Source: Candidatus Jordarchaeales archaeon (GTDB taxonomy: Archaea > Asgardarchaeota > Jordiarchaeia > Jordiarchaeales > Freyrarchaeaceae). From it: 32,000 nt of DNA. A program made the position numbers and the translations under genes. Where the stretch lies: contig JAWCFL010000011.1 of the NCBI GenBank assembly GCA_038858525.1, positions 1-32,000 of the forward strand, written 5' to 3'. The notes below the pieces were generated by a model. The model had not been told where the DNA came from. It saw only the letters and a program-made list of their open reading frames with translations, and ran no database searches. Below, in pieces: positions 1 through 9,483 of the stretch (positions are counted from its first letter, which is position 1; each line of letters starts with the position of its first letter).

Positions 1-89
1 CGGGGTTGATGGGGTCGGGGTGTAAGCGTCAAGGTCTTTTGACCGAGGCGTTCAGCCCGCGACTCCCAACCGTCCGAGCGTGCGGGTCC
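1..89 (+). rRNA. rrl: 23S rRNA, 3' terminal fragment (truncated by window start; 3' end approximate)
   Basis: CGGGGTTGATGGGG..GGTGTAAGCG..GAGGCGTTCAGCCCGC.ACTCCCAA matches the recalled archaeal 23S 3' end; GGTC-TTTT-GACC hairpin and GGGGTCGGG/CCCGCGACTCC pairing fit the terminal helices. Confidence 0.85.
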
Positions 90-153
90 AAAAGGAGCTT
101 CTAAGCGAAATGTTGCGGCTTGTGCGTGGCGAATCCTAATTTTCCTATCGTTT

Positions 154-846
154 TTAGAGTTGTGAAAGCAAGTTTATTATGTTTAGGAGGGATTGTGTGG
201 AGAGTGCTTTAGTGAGGAGGGATGTTGTGTAGAATGATATTAAAAAGAGAGTTAGGGCTAGTGGTGTGGTGGTGCGGTTAAGGCTTGTTGCGCGCGTGAT
301 TATGTATGTGGTTAGTGTTGTGGATGCTGCTAAGATTATGAGGGTTATCCAGTTTTGGTCGGTTATTGTTCCGAGGAGGGGTGTTAGTGTGAGTTTTAGT
401 TGTGGGATGAGGGAGGATAGTGCTCCTTGAGCGCATGATGTGGTGAATATTATTATTTTTAGTTTTATTTCTTGCGCTTTAATTTGGCGTTCGTGTTCTT
501 CCATTGTTTTTAGGTCTTCCATGAGTTCTGAGAGGATTTCTTCTAGTATTTCTCCTGTTTTTGATGCGTTCTTTTTTATTGTGGAGGATAGTATTTGGAG
601 GGTGGCGCGTAGCCTTGGGCTTCTGATATTCTCTGAAAGCTGTTTTAGTGCTTCAGCTGGTGTAAGAGCGTTAATGATAAGTCGGTTTCTGATTTCTGAC
701 AAGGTGGGTTTTAGGGGGCTATTGTAATTTGTATTTATTGCTCTTTCAAGGGATGATTCGGGGCTTAATCCGGATTTAAGTCCTGAACATATGCCTGAAA
801 GAAGCGTGGCGACGGCCTTTAGTTCTTGTATTCTTTCTTTTAGCAT
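154..846 (-). CDS. Type II secretion system F domain (TadB/TadC-like) membrane protein
   Basis: 230 aa; GLSPESSLERA...EALKQLSENIRSP helical pattern of T2SS-F domains followed by C-terminal hydrophobic segments. Confidence 0.65.
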   Translation of the reverse strand: MLKERIQELKAVATLLSGICSGLKSGLSPESSLERAINTNYNSPLKPTLSEIRNRLIINALTPAEALKQLSENIRSPRLRATLQILSSTIKKNASKTGEILEEILSELMEDLKTMEEHERQIKAQEIKLKIIIFTTSCAQGALSSLIPQLKLTLTPLLGTITDQNWITLIILAASTTLTTYIITRATSLNRTTTPLALTLFLISFYTTSLLTKALSTQSLLNIINLLSQL

Positions 847-880
847 TGCGGCTCCCTGTTTGAACTTGAAGTGGTCTTCG

Positions 881-1162
881 TTATGTTTCCCATGCCTCTA
901 CGAGTTGTTTGAGAGCGAGGGCTTTCGTGTTCTCGGATTTGAATCTGAAGATCCTTACTCTGCCGAACCTTTTTTCCTGAATTAAGCCGGCGTTTCTTAA
1001 CGCTTTGAGGTGGTTGTTTGTAGCTCTGTAATTTAAATTTGCTCTTCGGGCTATTTCGGAGATGTTTAATTCTTCTGCCTTGGCGAGAACGCGGATCACT
1101 CTTACTCTTCCCTTTGAAGAGAATACGTCTTCGAGCATGCATGTTTCACTCAAAGGAGACAC
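881..1162 (-). CDS. ArsR-like winged helix-turn-helix regulator
   Basis: 93 aa; LNISEIARRANLNY...HLKAL..AGLIQEKRFGRVRIF wHTH pattern; overlaps the cdc6 stop, suggesting an operon. Confidence 0.8.
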   Translation of the reverse strand: MSPLSETCMLEDVFSSKGRVRVIRVLAKAEELNISEIARRANLNYRATNNHLKALRNAGLIQEKRFGRVRIFRFKSENTKALALKQLVEAWET

Positions 1163-2246
1163 CTCTCAGCTTTTCATGGTTCGTGACGTTTACTATCATG
1201 ATTTTTCCGCCTTTGGTTTTGTTCACGGTTTTCAGCGTGACGACGCCTTTCTTGCCTAGCTCGTTTATGTAACGCCAGAATTGGACGTAACTTATGCTGA
1301 AGCTCGGTTTTAGTGCTTCACTGCACGCTTCAAAAAGCTCTTTTATTGAGATTTCAGATCTGGTTTCTAGGAGGGACGTGAGAGCGTTAAGGATCAGTAT
1401 GCGCCTATTTTTTCTTGAACTGTCGAAAACGGGTAAACCGTTATCTCTGAGTGATCTTTTAACATGTTTTGGGAGTATGCGGGTGGATGGCTCTGCATTC
1501 GCGTAGCGAGCTGCGTCAAGTAGTACGAGTAGTGCTCTTTTTAAACCTTTAACAGCGGCTACTCTTGCCAGAATTTTCAGGGATGACTCGCTGACAAAAC
1601 CTCTATGGAATGCTTTTTCAGAGATGTTTCTCAGTATTGAGAGAAGCTGCATGTAGGAGTATCCTTCCAGTTTTGTGACGACGCACTTTAAAGGGTTGAT
1701 CTGACGCAAATTGTTTAGGGCGTCTTCTGTCTCCATCGTGAGGAGAACATATATGCCTTGGCCGGCCTTCAACCTGCTTTCGGCTTCCGAAAGTTTTACA
1801 AGCAGCTTTTCGCCATTCCTAGTTGGTAGCCAAGAGTCGACGTCGTCCAGCGTTATTAAGGCGCTTCGCCCATTAAGCTCCTCTAAGAATATGTCGACAA
1901 GCTCTGTGAGTGATAGCCCTCTAGATGGTATGGAAGGCACTAAAACGCGTAGAAGGCATGCCATCACGTTGTAGGCGCTGCTTTCCATTTTGCAGTTAAC
2001 ATAGAATCTGAGAGCCTGATTGTTGTTCGTGTTAAAAAGAAATTTTGAGATCATGGTTTTTCCAGAATCGTGATTTCCCACCAAAACTCTGCAAAAGAAG
2101 CCGCCGCCATTGAGTATGAAGCTCATTTCGGAGGATAAAGTGCGAAGGAGTTCCATCCTAAGCTGCAATAATTCGGAGGGCACGTGGGCTACTAGACTTT
2201 CAATATCTTTTACTATGACGGGACGGGAAAGGCAATGTAGAGTCAT
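1146..2246 (-). CDS. cdc6: Divergent Cdc6/Orc1-family AAA+ protein with C-terminal winged helix
   Basis: Walker A GNHDSGKT, YVNC motif, PSRGLS, Walker B-like LITLDDVD, GYSYMQLLSILR, C-terminal YVQFWRYINELGKKGVV; SD GCGGAGG upstream of ATG 2246. Confidence 0.8.
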   Translation of the reverse strand: MTLHCLSRPVIVKDIESLVAHVPSELLQLRMELLRTLSSEMSFILNGGGFFCRVLVGNHDSGKTMISKFLFNTNNNQALRFYVNCKMESSAYNVMACLLRVLVPSIPSRGLSLTELVDIFLEELNGRSALITLDDVDSWLPTRNGEKLLVKLSEAESRLKAGQGIYVLLTMETEDALNNLRQINPLKCVVTKLEGYSYMQLLSILRNISEKAFHRGFVSESSLKILARVAAVKGLKRALLVLLDAARYANAEPSTRILPKHVKRSLRDNGLPVFDSSRKNRRILILNALTSLLETRSEISIKELFEACSEALKPSFSISYVQFWRYINELGKKGVVTLKTVNKTKGGKIMIVNVTNHEKLRGVSFE

Positions 2247-2521
2247 TTTAGGTCCTCCGCTTGAAACTTAGGAAAGCAGTTCTCAGAATAAATAGGGTTA
2301 AGTGTCTCTCTTTTCCAGTGCTTCCGCTAGGATGCGGACTCCTAGTAAGAGACATGTAAGAGAGTGAAGGTAAGACGCTTTTTACATAATCTTATTGAAG
2401 GAAAGCGAGAAAAGCGTTAAAAGCGACTAGCAGAATGAATTAATGAAGCATGCTTTTACCGTTAAGTAAACTTTAACGCTGTGAGTGTTAACGTCCATGG
2501 TTCAGCCTTTTATTCTAGGCG

Positions 2522-3820
2522 GTGAAATACGTGAGAGTTAGGAGTCTCAGGGAGATTAGCAAGAATGAAATTCGGGAGATTCTTGAAAGGCAGTTCAGAA
2601 TTAAAGAAGCTATGAAGGCGGTGAAAACAATAGTTGAGGATGTCAGGAAAAATGGCGATAGAGCTCTGGCGAAGTACACGAAGAAGTATGATGGAGTTAC
2701 TATTTCTCCCTCCGAAATTAAGGTTTCAGAGGAGGAAGTCGCTGAGGCGTACAGTAAAGTTCCCGAAAGGATAGTTGAGGCCATCAGGTTTGCGGCTGAA
2801 AATATAAGAAGCTTCCACGAGAAGCAGATGGCAACATTCATTCTCGAGAAAATACCTGGAGTGAAACTAAAGCAGATCATTAGGCCAGTAAAGTGTGCCG
2901 GCGTTTACGTTCCAGGAGGGCGCGCTGCGTACCCTTCCACAGTTTTGATGGCTACTATTCCGGCGAAGGTGGCAGGCGTTAAAAGAGTCGTGGTATGTAC
3001 GCCACCTAACCGTGATGGAAGTGTCCGGCCAGAGATTCTCGTAGCTTGCAATGAAGCGAAAGCGACCGAAGTTTTTAAGGTTGGCGGAGCGCAGGCTATA
3101 GCCGCAATGGCTTATGGAACGGAAACTGTGCCGAAGGTTGACGTTGTGGTTGGTCCGGGAAACATATACGTTACAGCTGCCAAAATGTTGGTGAGTGTTG
3201 ACGTTAAAGTAGACTTGCCTGCAGGTCCAAGTGAGGTTTTAGTTTTAGCGGATGAAAGCTGCAATCCTCGCTTTGTCGCCGCCGACTTAGTGTCGCAGGC
3301 AGAACATGACCCGGCGGCGTCGATCATATTAGTTACTACGGGCAGGAAGATCGCGGAAGATGTGATAACTTTAGCGTATAAATTAGCGGCGGAAGTGGAT
3401 ACCAAGAACGTTGCGGTCAATGCGCTTAATAAAGGATGGTGCATTCTGGTAGAAAACCTAGACGAAGCAATAGAGTTCATAAACGATTATGCTCCTGAGC
3501 ACTTAGAACTTCACGTGAGGGAACCTTATGAAGTCCTAGAGAGCGTAACGAATGCCGGTGCAGTCTTCATTGGTAGCTACACGCCAGTGGCTTTAGGCGA
3601 TTATGCCGCCGGGTCAAATCATATTCTGCCGACGGGAGGATACGCCAAAAGTTTTTCGGGGCTTTCGGTGGAGAACTTCATTAAGAGGATAAGTGTCGTC
3701 GAGTGTGACAGGAAAGGTTTTGAAGCTCTTTCGGAAAGCGTTATAACTTTAGCTGAAGCTGAGGGGATGGCTGCTCACGCTCAAGCAGTCAGGCTGAGGC
3801 TTGAGGAGAATGAAGGCTAA
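2522..3820 (+). CDS. hisD: Histidinol dehydrogenase
   Basis: GVYVPGGRAAYPSTVLM, GGAQAIAAMAYG, GPGNIYV, AGPSEVLV, SQAEHD, APEHLEL, GDYAAGSNHILPT motifs. Confidence 0.97.
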   Translation: MKYVRVRSLREISKNEIREILERQFRIKEAMKAVKTIVEDVRKNGDRALAKYTKKYDGVTISPSEIKVSEEEVAEAYSKVPERIVEAIRFAAENIRSFHEKQMATFILEKIPGVKLKQIIRPVKCAGVYVPGGRAAYPSTVLMATIPAKVAGVKRVVVCTPPNRDGSVRPEILVACNEAKATEVFKVGGAQAIAAMAYGTETVPKVDVVVGPGNIYVTAAKMLVSVDVKVDLPAGPSEVLVLADESCNPRFVAADLVSQAEHDPAASIILVTTGRKIAEDVITLAYKLAAEVDTKNVAVNALNKGWCILVENLDEAIEFINDYAPEHLELHVREPYEVLESVTNAGAVFIGSYTPVALGDYAAGSNHILPTGGYAKSFSGLSVENFIKRISVVECDRKGFEALSESVITLAEAEGMAAHAQAVRLRLEENEG

Positions 3821-4907
3821 GAAGGACTTAATGAAAGTAGAGCCATACCGTGGAGAGCTCTCCAGACGAGAGCTTGCCCGAAGGCTGGGGTTAAAGGAGG
3901 AAGAGATACTTCCACTGCACGCCAATGAAAACCTCTTCATAGAGAAAGAGTGGGTAAAAGAGAGAATAAAAGAAGCTTTAGAAAAAATTGATCCACGCAT
4001 GTATCCAGACCCACAAAACGTAGAGGTTCGTAGGGCGCTAGCACAATATTATGGAGTAGACGAAGAGGAGGTCGTCATGGGAAGCGGCGCGGATGAGCTA
4101 ATAGACGGCATTTCCAGATGCTTTATAGAGAGCGGCGAGCAAATAGTAACACTCGACCCAACTTTTCAGGTGTATGGGATCTCAGCTATGCTTCACGGAG
4201 GAAGGTGCAAAAGCGTCCTCTTAAAAGAGGACTTCTCGATCGACGTGGCAAGGCTCCTAAGCGAACTAGACGAAACAGTTAAGGTACTCTACATATGCTC
4301 TCCCAATAACCCTACAGGGAACCAGCATGAAAAAGGGGTAGTCGAAGAAGTGATTGGAAAAGCAAACTGCATAGTGGTCCTAGATGAGGCATATGTTGAG
4401 TTCGCAGATTATTCGCTTAGCAAATTGATACATGAATACGACAATCTAATCGTGTTACGCACATTTTCTAAGGGATTTGGTATAGCTGGGCTAAGATTCG
4501 GCGTTGCATTATCAAACCAAGAGATAGCAGACATAATGAGGAGGGGATTACAGCCGTACAACGTAAGCAATATAGCTCAGTACACGGCCCTTACATTACT
4601 AGAACACTGGAGCTACTTGGCTGAAAAAATAAATGAAATTAAAAGGCAACGAGAAGCGCTTCTAAAAGAACTATCAGAAATAGAGGGGCTAAAAGCCTAC
4701 CCTTCGAAGGCCAATTTTATTCTGGTTAGGATCGTGAAGAGAGGAGTGAGAGCGGAAGACGTGCAGAAAAAACTTATGATGAAAGGAATACTGGTCAGAG
4801 ACAGAAGTGGGCTTCCATTACTGGACAACTGCCTTAGAATAACGGTTTGCCCTAACCACATGACCGAAAGGCTAACTTCAGCATTAAAGGAAGCTTTAGG
4901 TGACTAA
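3810..4907 (+). CDS. hisC: Histidinol-phosphate aminotransferase
   Basis: LHANEN, YPDP, GSGADELI, CSPNNPTG, DEAYVEF, LRTFSKGFGIAGLR (PLP lysine); ATG 3810 preferred over TTG 3801. Confidence 0.95.
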   Translation: MKAKKDLMKVEPYRGELSRRELARRLGLKEEEILPLHANENLFIEKEWVKERIKEALEKIDPRMYPDPQNVEVRRALAQYYGVDEEEVVMGSGADELIDGISRCFIESGEQIVTLDPTFQVYGISAMLHGGRCKSVLLKEDFSIDVARLLSELDETVKVLYICSPNNPTGNQHEKGVVEEVIGKANCIVVLDEAYVEFADYSLSKLIHEYDNLIVLRTFSKGFGIAGLRFGVALSNQEIADIMRRGLQPYNVSNIAQYTALTLLEHWSYLAEKINEIKRQREALLKELSEIEGLKAYPSKANFILVRIVKRGVRAEDVQKKLMMKGILVRDRSGLPLLDNCLRITVCPNHMTERLTSALKEALGD

Positions 4908-4919
4908 AAGAGGGGAAGC

Positions 4920-6089
4920 ATGAGGAAACGCTACGAGAAAATTAAAGTGAATAGGCGCTACGCCTGGATACGAAAAGATAGAGAAGATAAAATAAAGGGA
5001 ATAGAGGGATTAATATTTGACTGTGACGGCGTGATTTTTGACGTGTCGAAATCATTCAGAGAAGCCATCATGAAAACGGTTGAATGGTTTTTTAGTACGG
5101 TTATGGGTGTTATGGTCCCCCAAATCAACTTCAGCCACATTCAAATGTTTAAGAATACGGGGGCCTTCAATAATGATTGGGAGCTAACATATGCTATAAT
5201 AACATACTATCTTACCAACCTGCTTGCTAATGCGAGAAAAATTGAATTAAAGGATAAATGTAGAGGGGATATCACGACGACATATAGCTTCTTCAAGGAA
5301 CTAGGTAGTTTTCTAAGAGAGATAAAGGAGAGTGGGGGGGAAGATCTGGAAAAATACGTTGAGGATGTCGGAGTTGGAGGGCTGGAGGCTGTGAGGGAGA
5401 AAGCTACAAGAAGGCTGGCTGAGGCGTGGAAAGTAGAACTCGACGAAGCTAGAAAAGTTCTGGAATACGTTTCCCCGTTTGAAGGGGAAGTGTATGATGA
5501 AAATTTAATCAAAAGGTTTTTTGAGGAAGCATATTGCGGTGACAAGCTGTTCAAGGAGATTTACGGAGTCCCAGCCGTGTTCTATCGTGGAAAAGGGCTT
5601 ATAGAAAATGAGAAACCAATAGTTAGACACAAAGCTCTCAAAGAGATTATTGGTAGGGGGTTCCCGCCGATCGGCATTGCCTCAGGCAGAATGCGAAAAC
5701 AGACCACTCCGCTACTTGAAAAGTACCGTTTGGAAGAATACTTTGATCTGGATGCCTCAACTTTTCTAGAAGAAATTGAAGAAAAAGAGAGAGAGTTGAG
5801 GAGAGAGGGAAGGCATGTAAAGCTTGATAAGCCTAACCCATACCCGCTCATCACCACTGCTTCAAAAATGAGGATTAACAGTTTCGCGTACGTCGGAGAC
5901 ACTATTGCTGATGTTTTGGCATGTTTGAACGCTGAAACAGAGTCAGGATGCAACGTTGTAAGTGTCGGTGTCCTCTGTTCTGCTGAAAATAAAAGTGAAA
6001 TGCTTTCTAAATTTTTAGAATTTGGATGCGACGTGATAATCCCTACTCCGAACGAGCTACCAAAAGTAATAGGAGGGGTGAGAAAGTGA
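4920..6089 (+). CDS. HAD-superfamily phosphatase, candidate histidinol-phosphate phosphatase
   Basis: HAD motifs FDCDGVIFD, SGR, KPNP, YVGDTIAD; sits between hisC and hisB. Confidence 0.75.
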   Translation: MRKRYEKIKVNRRYAWIRKDREDKIKGIEGLIFDCDGVIFDVSKSFREAIMKTVEWFFSTVMGVMVPQINFSHIQMFKNTGAFNNDWELTYAIITYYLTNLLANARKIELKDKCRGDITTTYSFFKELGSFLREIKESGGEDLEKYVEDVGVGGLEAVREKATRRLAEAWKVELDEARKVLEYVSPFEGEVYDENLIKRFFEEAYCGDKLFKEIYGVPAVFYRGKGLIENEKPIVRHKALKEIIGRGFPPIGIASGRMRKQTTPLLEKYRLEEYFDLDASTFLEEIEEKERELRREGRHVKLDKPNPYPLITTASKMRINSFAYVGDTIADVLACLNAETESGCNVVSVGVLCSAENKSEMLSKFLEFGCDVIIPTPNELPKVIGGVRK

Positions 6090-6664
6090 GGGAAGCGACG
6101 GTTAATAGGAAGACAGCAGAAACAAACGTGAAAGTTAAAGTTAACTTAGATGGAGAAGGAAAGGGAGAAATAAATACAGATATACGATTCTTGGATCATA
6201 TGCTGAAAACTCTTTCAAAGCACTCCCTAATCGACATATCTGTAAGTGCGGAGGGGGATCTAGAACATCACTTGATCGAGGATGTAGGACTAACTTTGGG
6301 AGAAGCCATCCTGAAGGCTTTAGGAAACAAGGAAGGCATATTCAGGTTTGGAAGCAGTTTGGTGCCCATGGATGATGCGCTAGTTAGCGTGTCCTTGGAT
6401 TGTGGAGGCAGGCCGTATGCAAAAATAGACTTAAAACTTGAAGGAGAAGAAGTTGAGGGAGTTAAAAAGCAAGACATAACTCACTTTTTCGTGTCTTTCG
6501 CTAATTCAGCACAGATAAATCTCCACATTAACACCATTTATGGCGAAAATGACCACCACAAAGTCGAAGCAGCCTTTAAAGCGCTAGCCATAGCACTAAG
6601 GAAAGCGATAGAAGTGGATTCTCGGAGGAAAGGAGAAATACCAAGCATTAAGGGAGGACTCTAA
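6086..6664 (+). CDS. hisB: Imidazoleglycerol-phosphate dehydratase
   Basis: RKTAET, FLDHML, HHLIED, VPMDDAL, ENDHHKVEAAFKA; GTG 6086 overlaps the upstream TGA (GTGA). Confidence 0.96.
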   Translation: MREATVNRKTAETNVKVKVNLDGEGKGEINTDIRFLDHMLKTLSKHSLIDISVSAEGDLEHHLIEDVGLTLGEAILKALGNKEGIFRFGSSLVPMDDALVSVSLDCGGRPYAKIDLKLEGEEVEGVKKQDITHFFVSFANSAQINLHINTIYGENDHHKVEAAFKALAIALRKAIEVDSRRKGEIPSIKGGL

Positions 6665-6670
6665 GAGAAA

Positions 6671-7279
6671 ATGATGTGCGTAATAGATTACGGTGTTGGA
6701 AACCTAAGGAGCATAACTAAAGGACTCGAAAAAGCTGGCGCCACAGTTAAGTTAACAACAAAAATAGAGGATATCCTGAACGCTGAAGCGATAGTGCTCC
6801 CGGGTGTAGGGGCATTTAAGGACGCTGTAAAAAAAATGGAGCCCCTAAAAGAAGTGCTACTCAAAGAGGTGGAAGACGGAAAGCCCATACTGGGAATATG
6901 CCTTGGGCTTCAAATTCTTTTTGAGGAAAGCTTTGAAGGCGGACGCTGTGAGGGGCTAGCCTTAATTAAGGGGCGCGTTATTAGACTTCCAAGCGAAGTA
7001 AAGGTTCCTCACATCGGATGGAACACAATAAAAATTAAGAAAAAAAATCCTCTACTTAGGGAGGTAAACGATGGCGCTTACGTGTATTTTGTTCATTCAT
7101 ACTATGCGACTCCAGATAACGAGGAAGTTATAGTTGCCACAACGAAGTACGGCGTAGAGTTCCCCTCGGTTATATGCGACGGAAACATTTTCGCTACACA
7201 GTTTCATCCTGAGAAGTCGGGGGAGGTAGGGTTAAAAATTCTAAGAAACTTCGTAGCAATAGTTAAGGGGTCGATCTAA
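6671..7279 (+). CDS. hisH: IGP synthase glutaminase subunit
   Basis: DYGVGNL, LPGVGAF, GICLGLQ, YFVHSY, QFHPEKSG. Confidence 0.97.
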   Translation: MMCVIDYGVGNLRSITKGLEKAGATVKLTTKIEDILNAEAIVLPGVGAFKDAVKKMEPLKEVLLKEVEDGKPILGICLGLQILFEESFEGGRCEGLALIKGRVIRLPSEVKVPHIGWNTIKIKKKNPLLREVNDGAYVYFVHSYYATPDNEEVIVATTKYGVEFPSVICDGNIFATQFHPEKSGEVGLKILRNFVAIVKGSI

Positions 7280-7998
7280 TGCTCGTTATGCCCTCAGTCG
7301 ACATACTTGGGGGAAAATGCGTCAGGTTAACTGAGGGAAAATTGGGTAGCGAAGAGACTTTCTTCGAAGACCCATTACAAGCAGCCCTTTACTGGGAGAT
7401 GGAGGGAGCTGACGCTCTCCACGTAGTGGACCTAGACGGAGCTCTGAGAAGGGGGGATAACCTAAGACACGTAGAGAGAATAATTAAAAGCGTATCAATT
7501 GACGTGGAGGTCGGAGGAGGAATAAGAAGCGCTGACACAGCAGTTAAGTTATACTTAATGGGAGCCGAGCGAGTTATTCTGGGTTCACTTGCAGTTGGAG
7601 ACCCTGTTTCCTTAGAGAGAATAATTAATGAGATAGGAGAAGAGCACGTCATGGTGGCCCTCGACTATAAAGAAGGAGAGGTTATGGTCGAGGGATGGAG
7701 GGAAGGAGCCAGAAAAAGCGTATATGACACTGCACGAGAGATGAAGGACATTGGAGTAAAGTGGATTTTAGCTACTAACATTGCACATGATGGAACGCTT
7801 AAGGGAGCGGATACTGAAACCATATCTAGGCTGGTAAGGTATGTAGGAGTTAACATCGTAGCGTCTGGAGGAATAAGAAGTATAAGCGACATCGTCAGGC
7901 TCAGAAAGGTTGGAGCTAAAGGTGTCGTTATAGGAAAGGCGCTTTACATGGGACTCTTCTCCCTTAGGGAGGCGAAGGAGGCGGCGGGGGAATGCTAA
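7279..7998 (+). CDS. hisA: ProFAR isomerase
   Basis: [41 protein letters not shown]. Confidence 0.96.
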   Translation: MLVMPSVDILGGKCVRLTEGKLGSEETFFEDPLQAALYWEMEGADALHVVDLDGALRRGDNLRHVERIIKSVSIDVEVGGGIRSADTAVKLYLMGAERVILGSLAVGDPVSLERIINEIGEEHVMVALDYKEGEVMVEGWREGARKSVYDTAREMKDIGVKWILATNIAHDGTLKGADTETISRLVRYVGVNIVASGGIRSISDIVRLRKVGAKGVVIGKALYMGLFSLREAKEAAGEC

Positions 7999-8798
7999 CA
8001 AAAAGGATCATACCTTGTCTCGACGTGAAAGATGGAAGAGTGGTTAAAGGAATTCAATTTAAGAACCTAAGGGATGCAGGAGACCCCCCTGAGCTAGCTC
8101 AGTTTTACGATGAGCAAAACGCCGACGAACTAGTGTTCCTAGACATAACAGCATCAAGCGACAAAAGACGAATACTAATAGACGTTGTTAAGAGAACTGC
8201 CGACAGAGTCTTTATACCCTTCACCGTTGGAGGCGGAATAAGAAGCATAGACGACATAAGACAAGTGCTATGCGCAGGAGCCGACAAGGTTGCAATAAAC
8301 ACAGCAGCGATCAAAAACCCTGAAATAATAAAGGAAGCCGCTGAAAAGTTTGGTAGCCAGTGCATAGTTTGCGCAATAGACGCCAAGCGAGTGAGAGCCG
8401 ATGAAGAGTGCAAGAATAAAATAGTTGTAGAGACCTCTGAGGGGAAATTCTGGTGGGAAGTTTACATATATGGCGGGCGGACGCCGACAGGAATCGACGC
8501 CATAAAGTGGGCGTGTACTGTCGAAAAATTAGGAGCGGGAGAGATACTGCTCACAAGCATCGACTACGATGGAACAAAAAACGGATACGATATCCCCCTC
8601 ACCAGAGAAGTATGCAGAAGAACCAGAATACCAGTCATCGCAAGCGGAGGAGCAGGCACCCTAGAGCACATATATCAAGTGTTAACTGACGGGGAAGCAG
8701 ATGCAGCCCTAGCAGCATCAATATTTCATTACGGCACCTATTCGATAAGTGACGTGAAAAGATACCTGCATGATAGAGGAGTACCTGTAAGGTTGTGA
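7992..8798 (+). CDS. hisF: IGP synthase cyclase subunit
   Basis: [51 protein letters not shown]. Confidence 0.98.
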   Translation: MLTKRIIPCLDVKDGRVVKGIQFKNLRDAGDPPELAQFYDEQNADELVFLDITASSDKRRILIDVVKRTADRVFIPFTVGGGIRSIDDIRQVLCAGADKVAINTAAIKNPEIIKEAAEKFGSQCIVCAIDAKRVRADEECKNKIVVETSEGKFWWEVYIYGGRTPTGIDAIKWACTVEKLGAGEILLTSIDYDGTKNGYDIPLTREVCRRTRIPVIASGGAGTLEHIYQVLTDGEADAALAASIFHYGTYSISDVKRYLHDRGVPVRL

Positions 8799-8802
8799 AA
8801 AA

Positions 8803-9483
8803 ATGGAACTAAAAGAAATCCTAGAGAAGCTTGACTTAGAAAAAGGAGGAGGAATAATACCTGCAGTAGTTCAAGACGTCAAAACAAAGGAAGTGCTAAT
8901 GCTCGGATATATGAACAGGGAGGCGCTGGAAAAAACTCTTACAACAGGATTAATGCACTATTATAGCAGAAGCAGAAAGAAATTATGGATGAAGGGGGAA
9001 GAGTCAGGACACTACCAGATTGTCCGCGAAGCGTACTACGACTGTGACGGCGACACACTCCTATTCAAGGTAGAACAAGTAGAGGCGTGCTGCCATGAAG
9101 GGTACTATACGTGCTTCCACAACAAAATAATAAGCGACGTGCAATTCAGCAAGACATTCAACCCCAACGAAGTTTACGGGAAAGCAAAAATCCTAGATGA
9201 AATATTCAATGTAATAAAGGACCGTATAGAAAGACCCAAAGAGGGCTCTTACGTTTCAAACCTGGTGAAACAGGGAATCAACGCTGTGACACGGAAAGTC
9301 GGAGAAGAAGCATTAGAGCTCGTCTTAGCGGCAAAAGACCACGCCAAAGAAGAAATAATAAACGAAGCTGCGGACCTACTCTTCCACACACTTGTCCTCC
9401 TAGCGAAAGAAAAAGTAGAATTGGAAGAGGTCTACGCGACACTAAAGAAGAGGAGGAGAGCCGCAACTAATACACAGGGGTAA
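8803..9483 (+). CDS. hisIE: Bifunctional PR-AMP cyclohydrolase / PR-ATP pyrophosphatase
   Basis: N-half VLMLGYMN, YYSRSR..LWMKGEESG, DCDGD, CHEG; C-half GSY..., KVGEEALE, EAADLLFH. Confidence 0.95.
   Translation: MELKEILEKLDLEKGGGIIPAVVQDVKTKEVLMLGYMNREALEKTLTTGLMHYYSRSRKKLWMKGEESGHYQIVREAYYDCDGDTLLFKVEQVEACCHEGYYTCFHNKIISDVQFSKTFNPNEVYGKAKILDEIFNVIKDRIERPKEGSYVSNLVKQGINAVTRKVGEEALELVLAAKDHAKEEIINEAADLLFHTLVLLAKEKVELEEVYATLKKRRRAATNTQG

Noticed and set aside
840-1142. 100-aa ORF overlapping the wHTH gene
   Set aside because: Alternative frame of 881-1162, low-complexity basic sequence, no motif
2311-2325. ORB element (TTCCAGTG) marking an origin beside cdc6
   Set aside because: Single partial match lacking GAAAC and the G-string; no repeats
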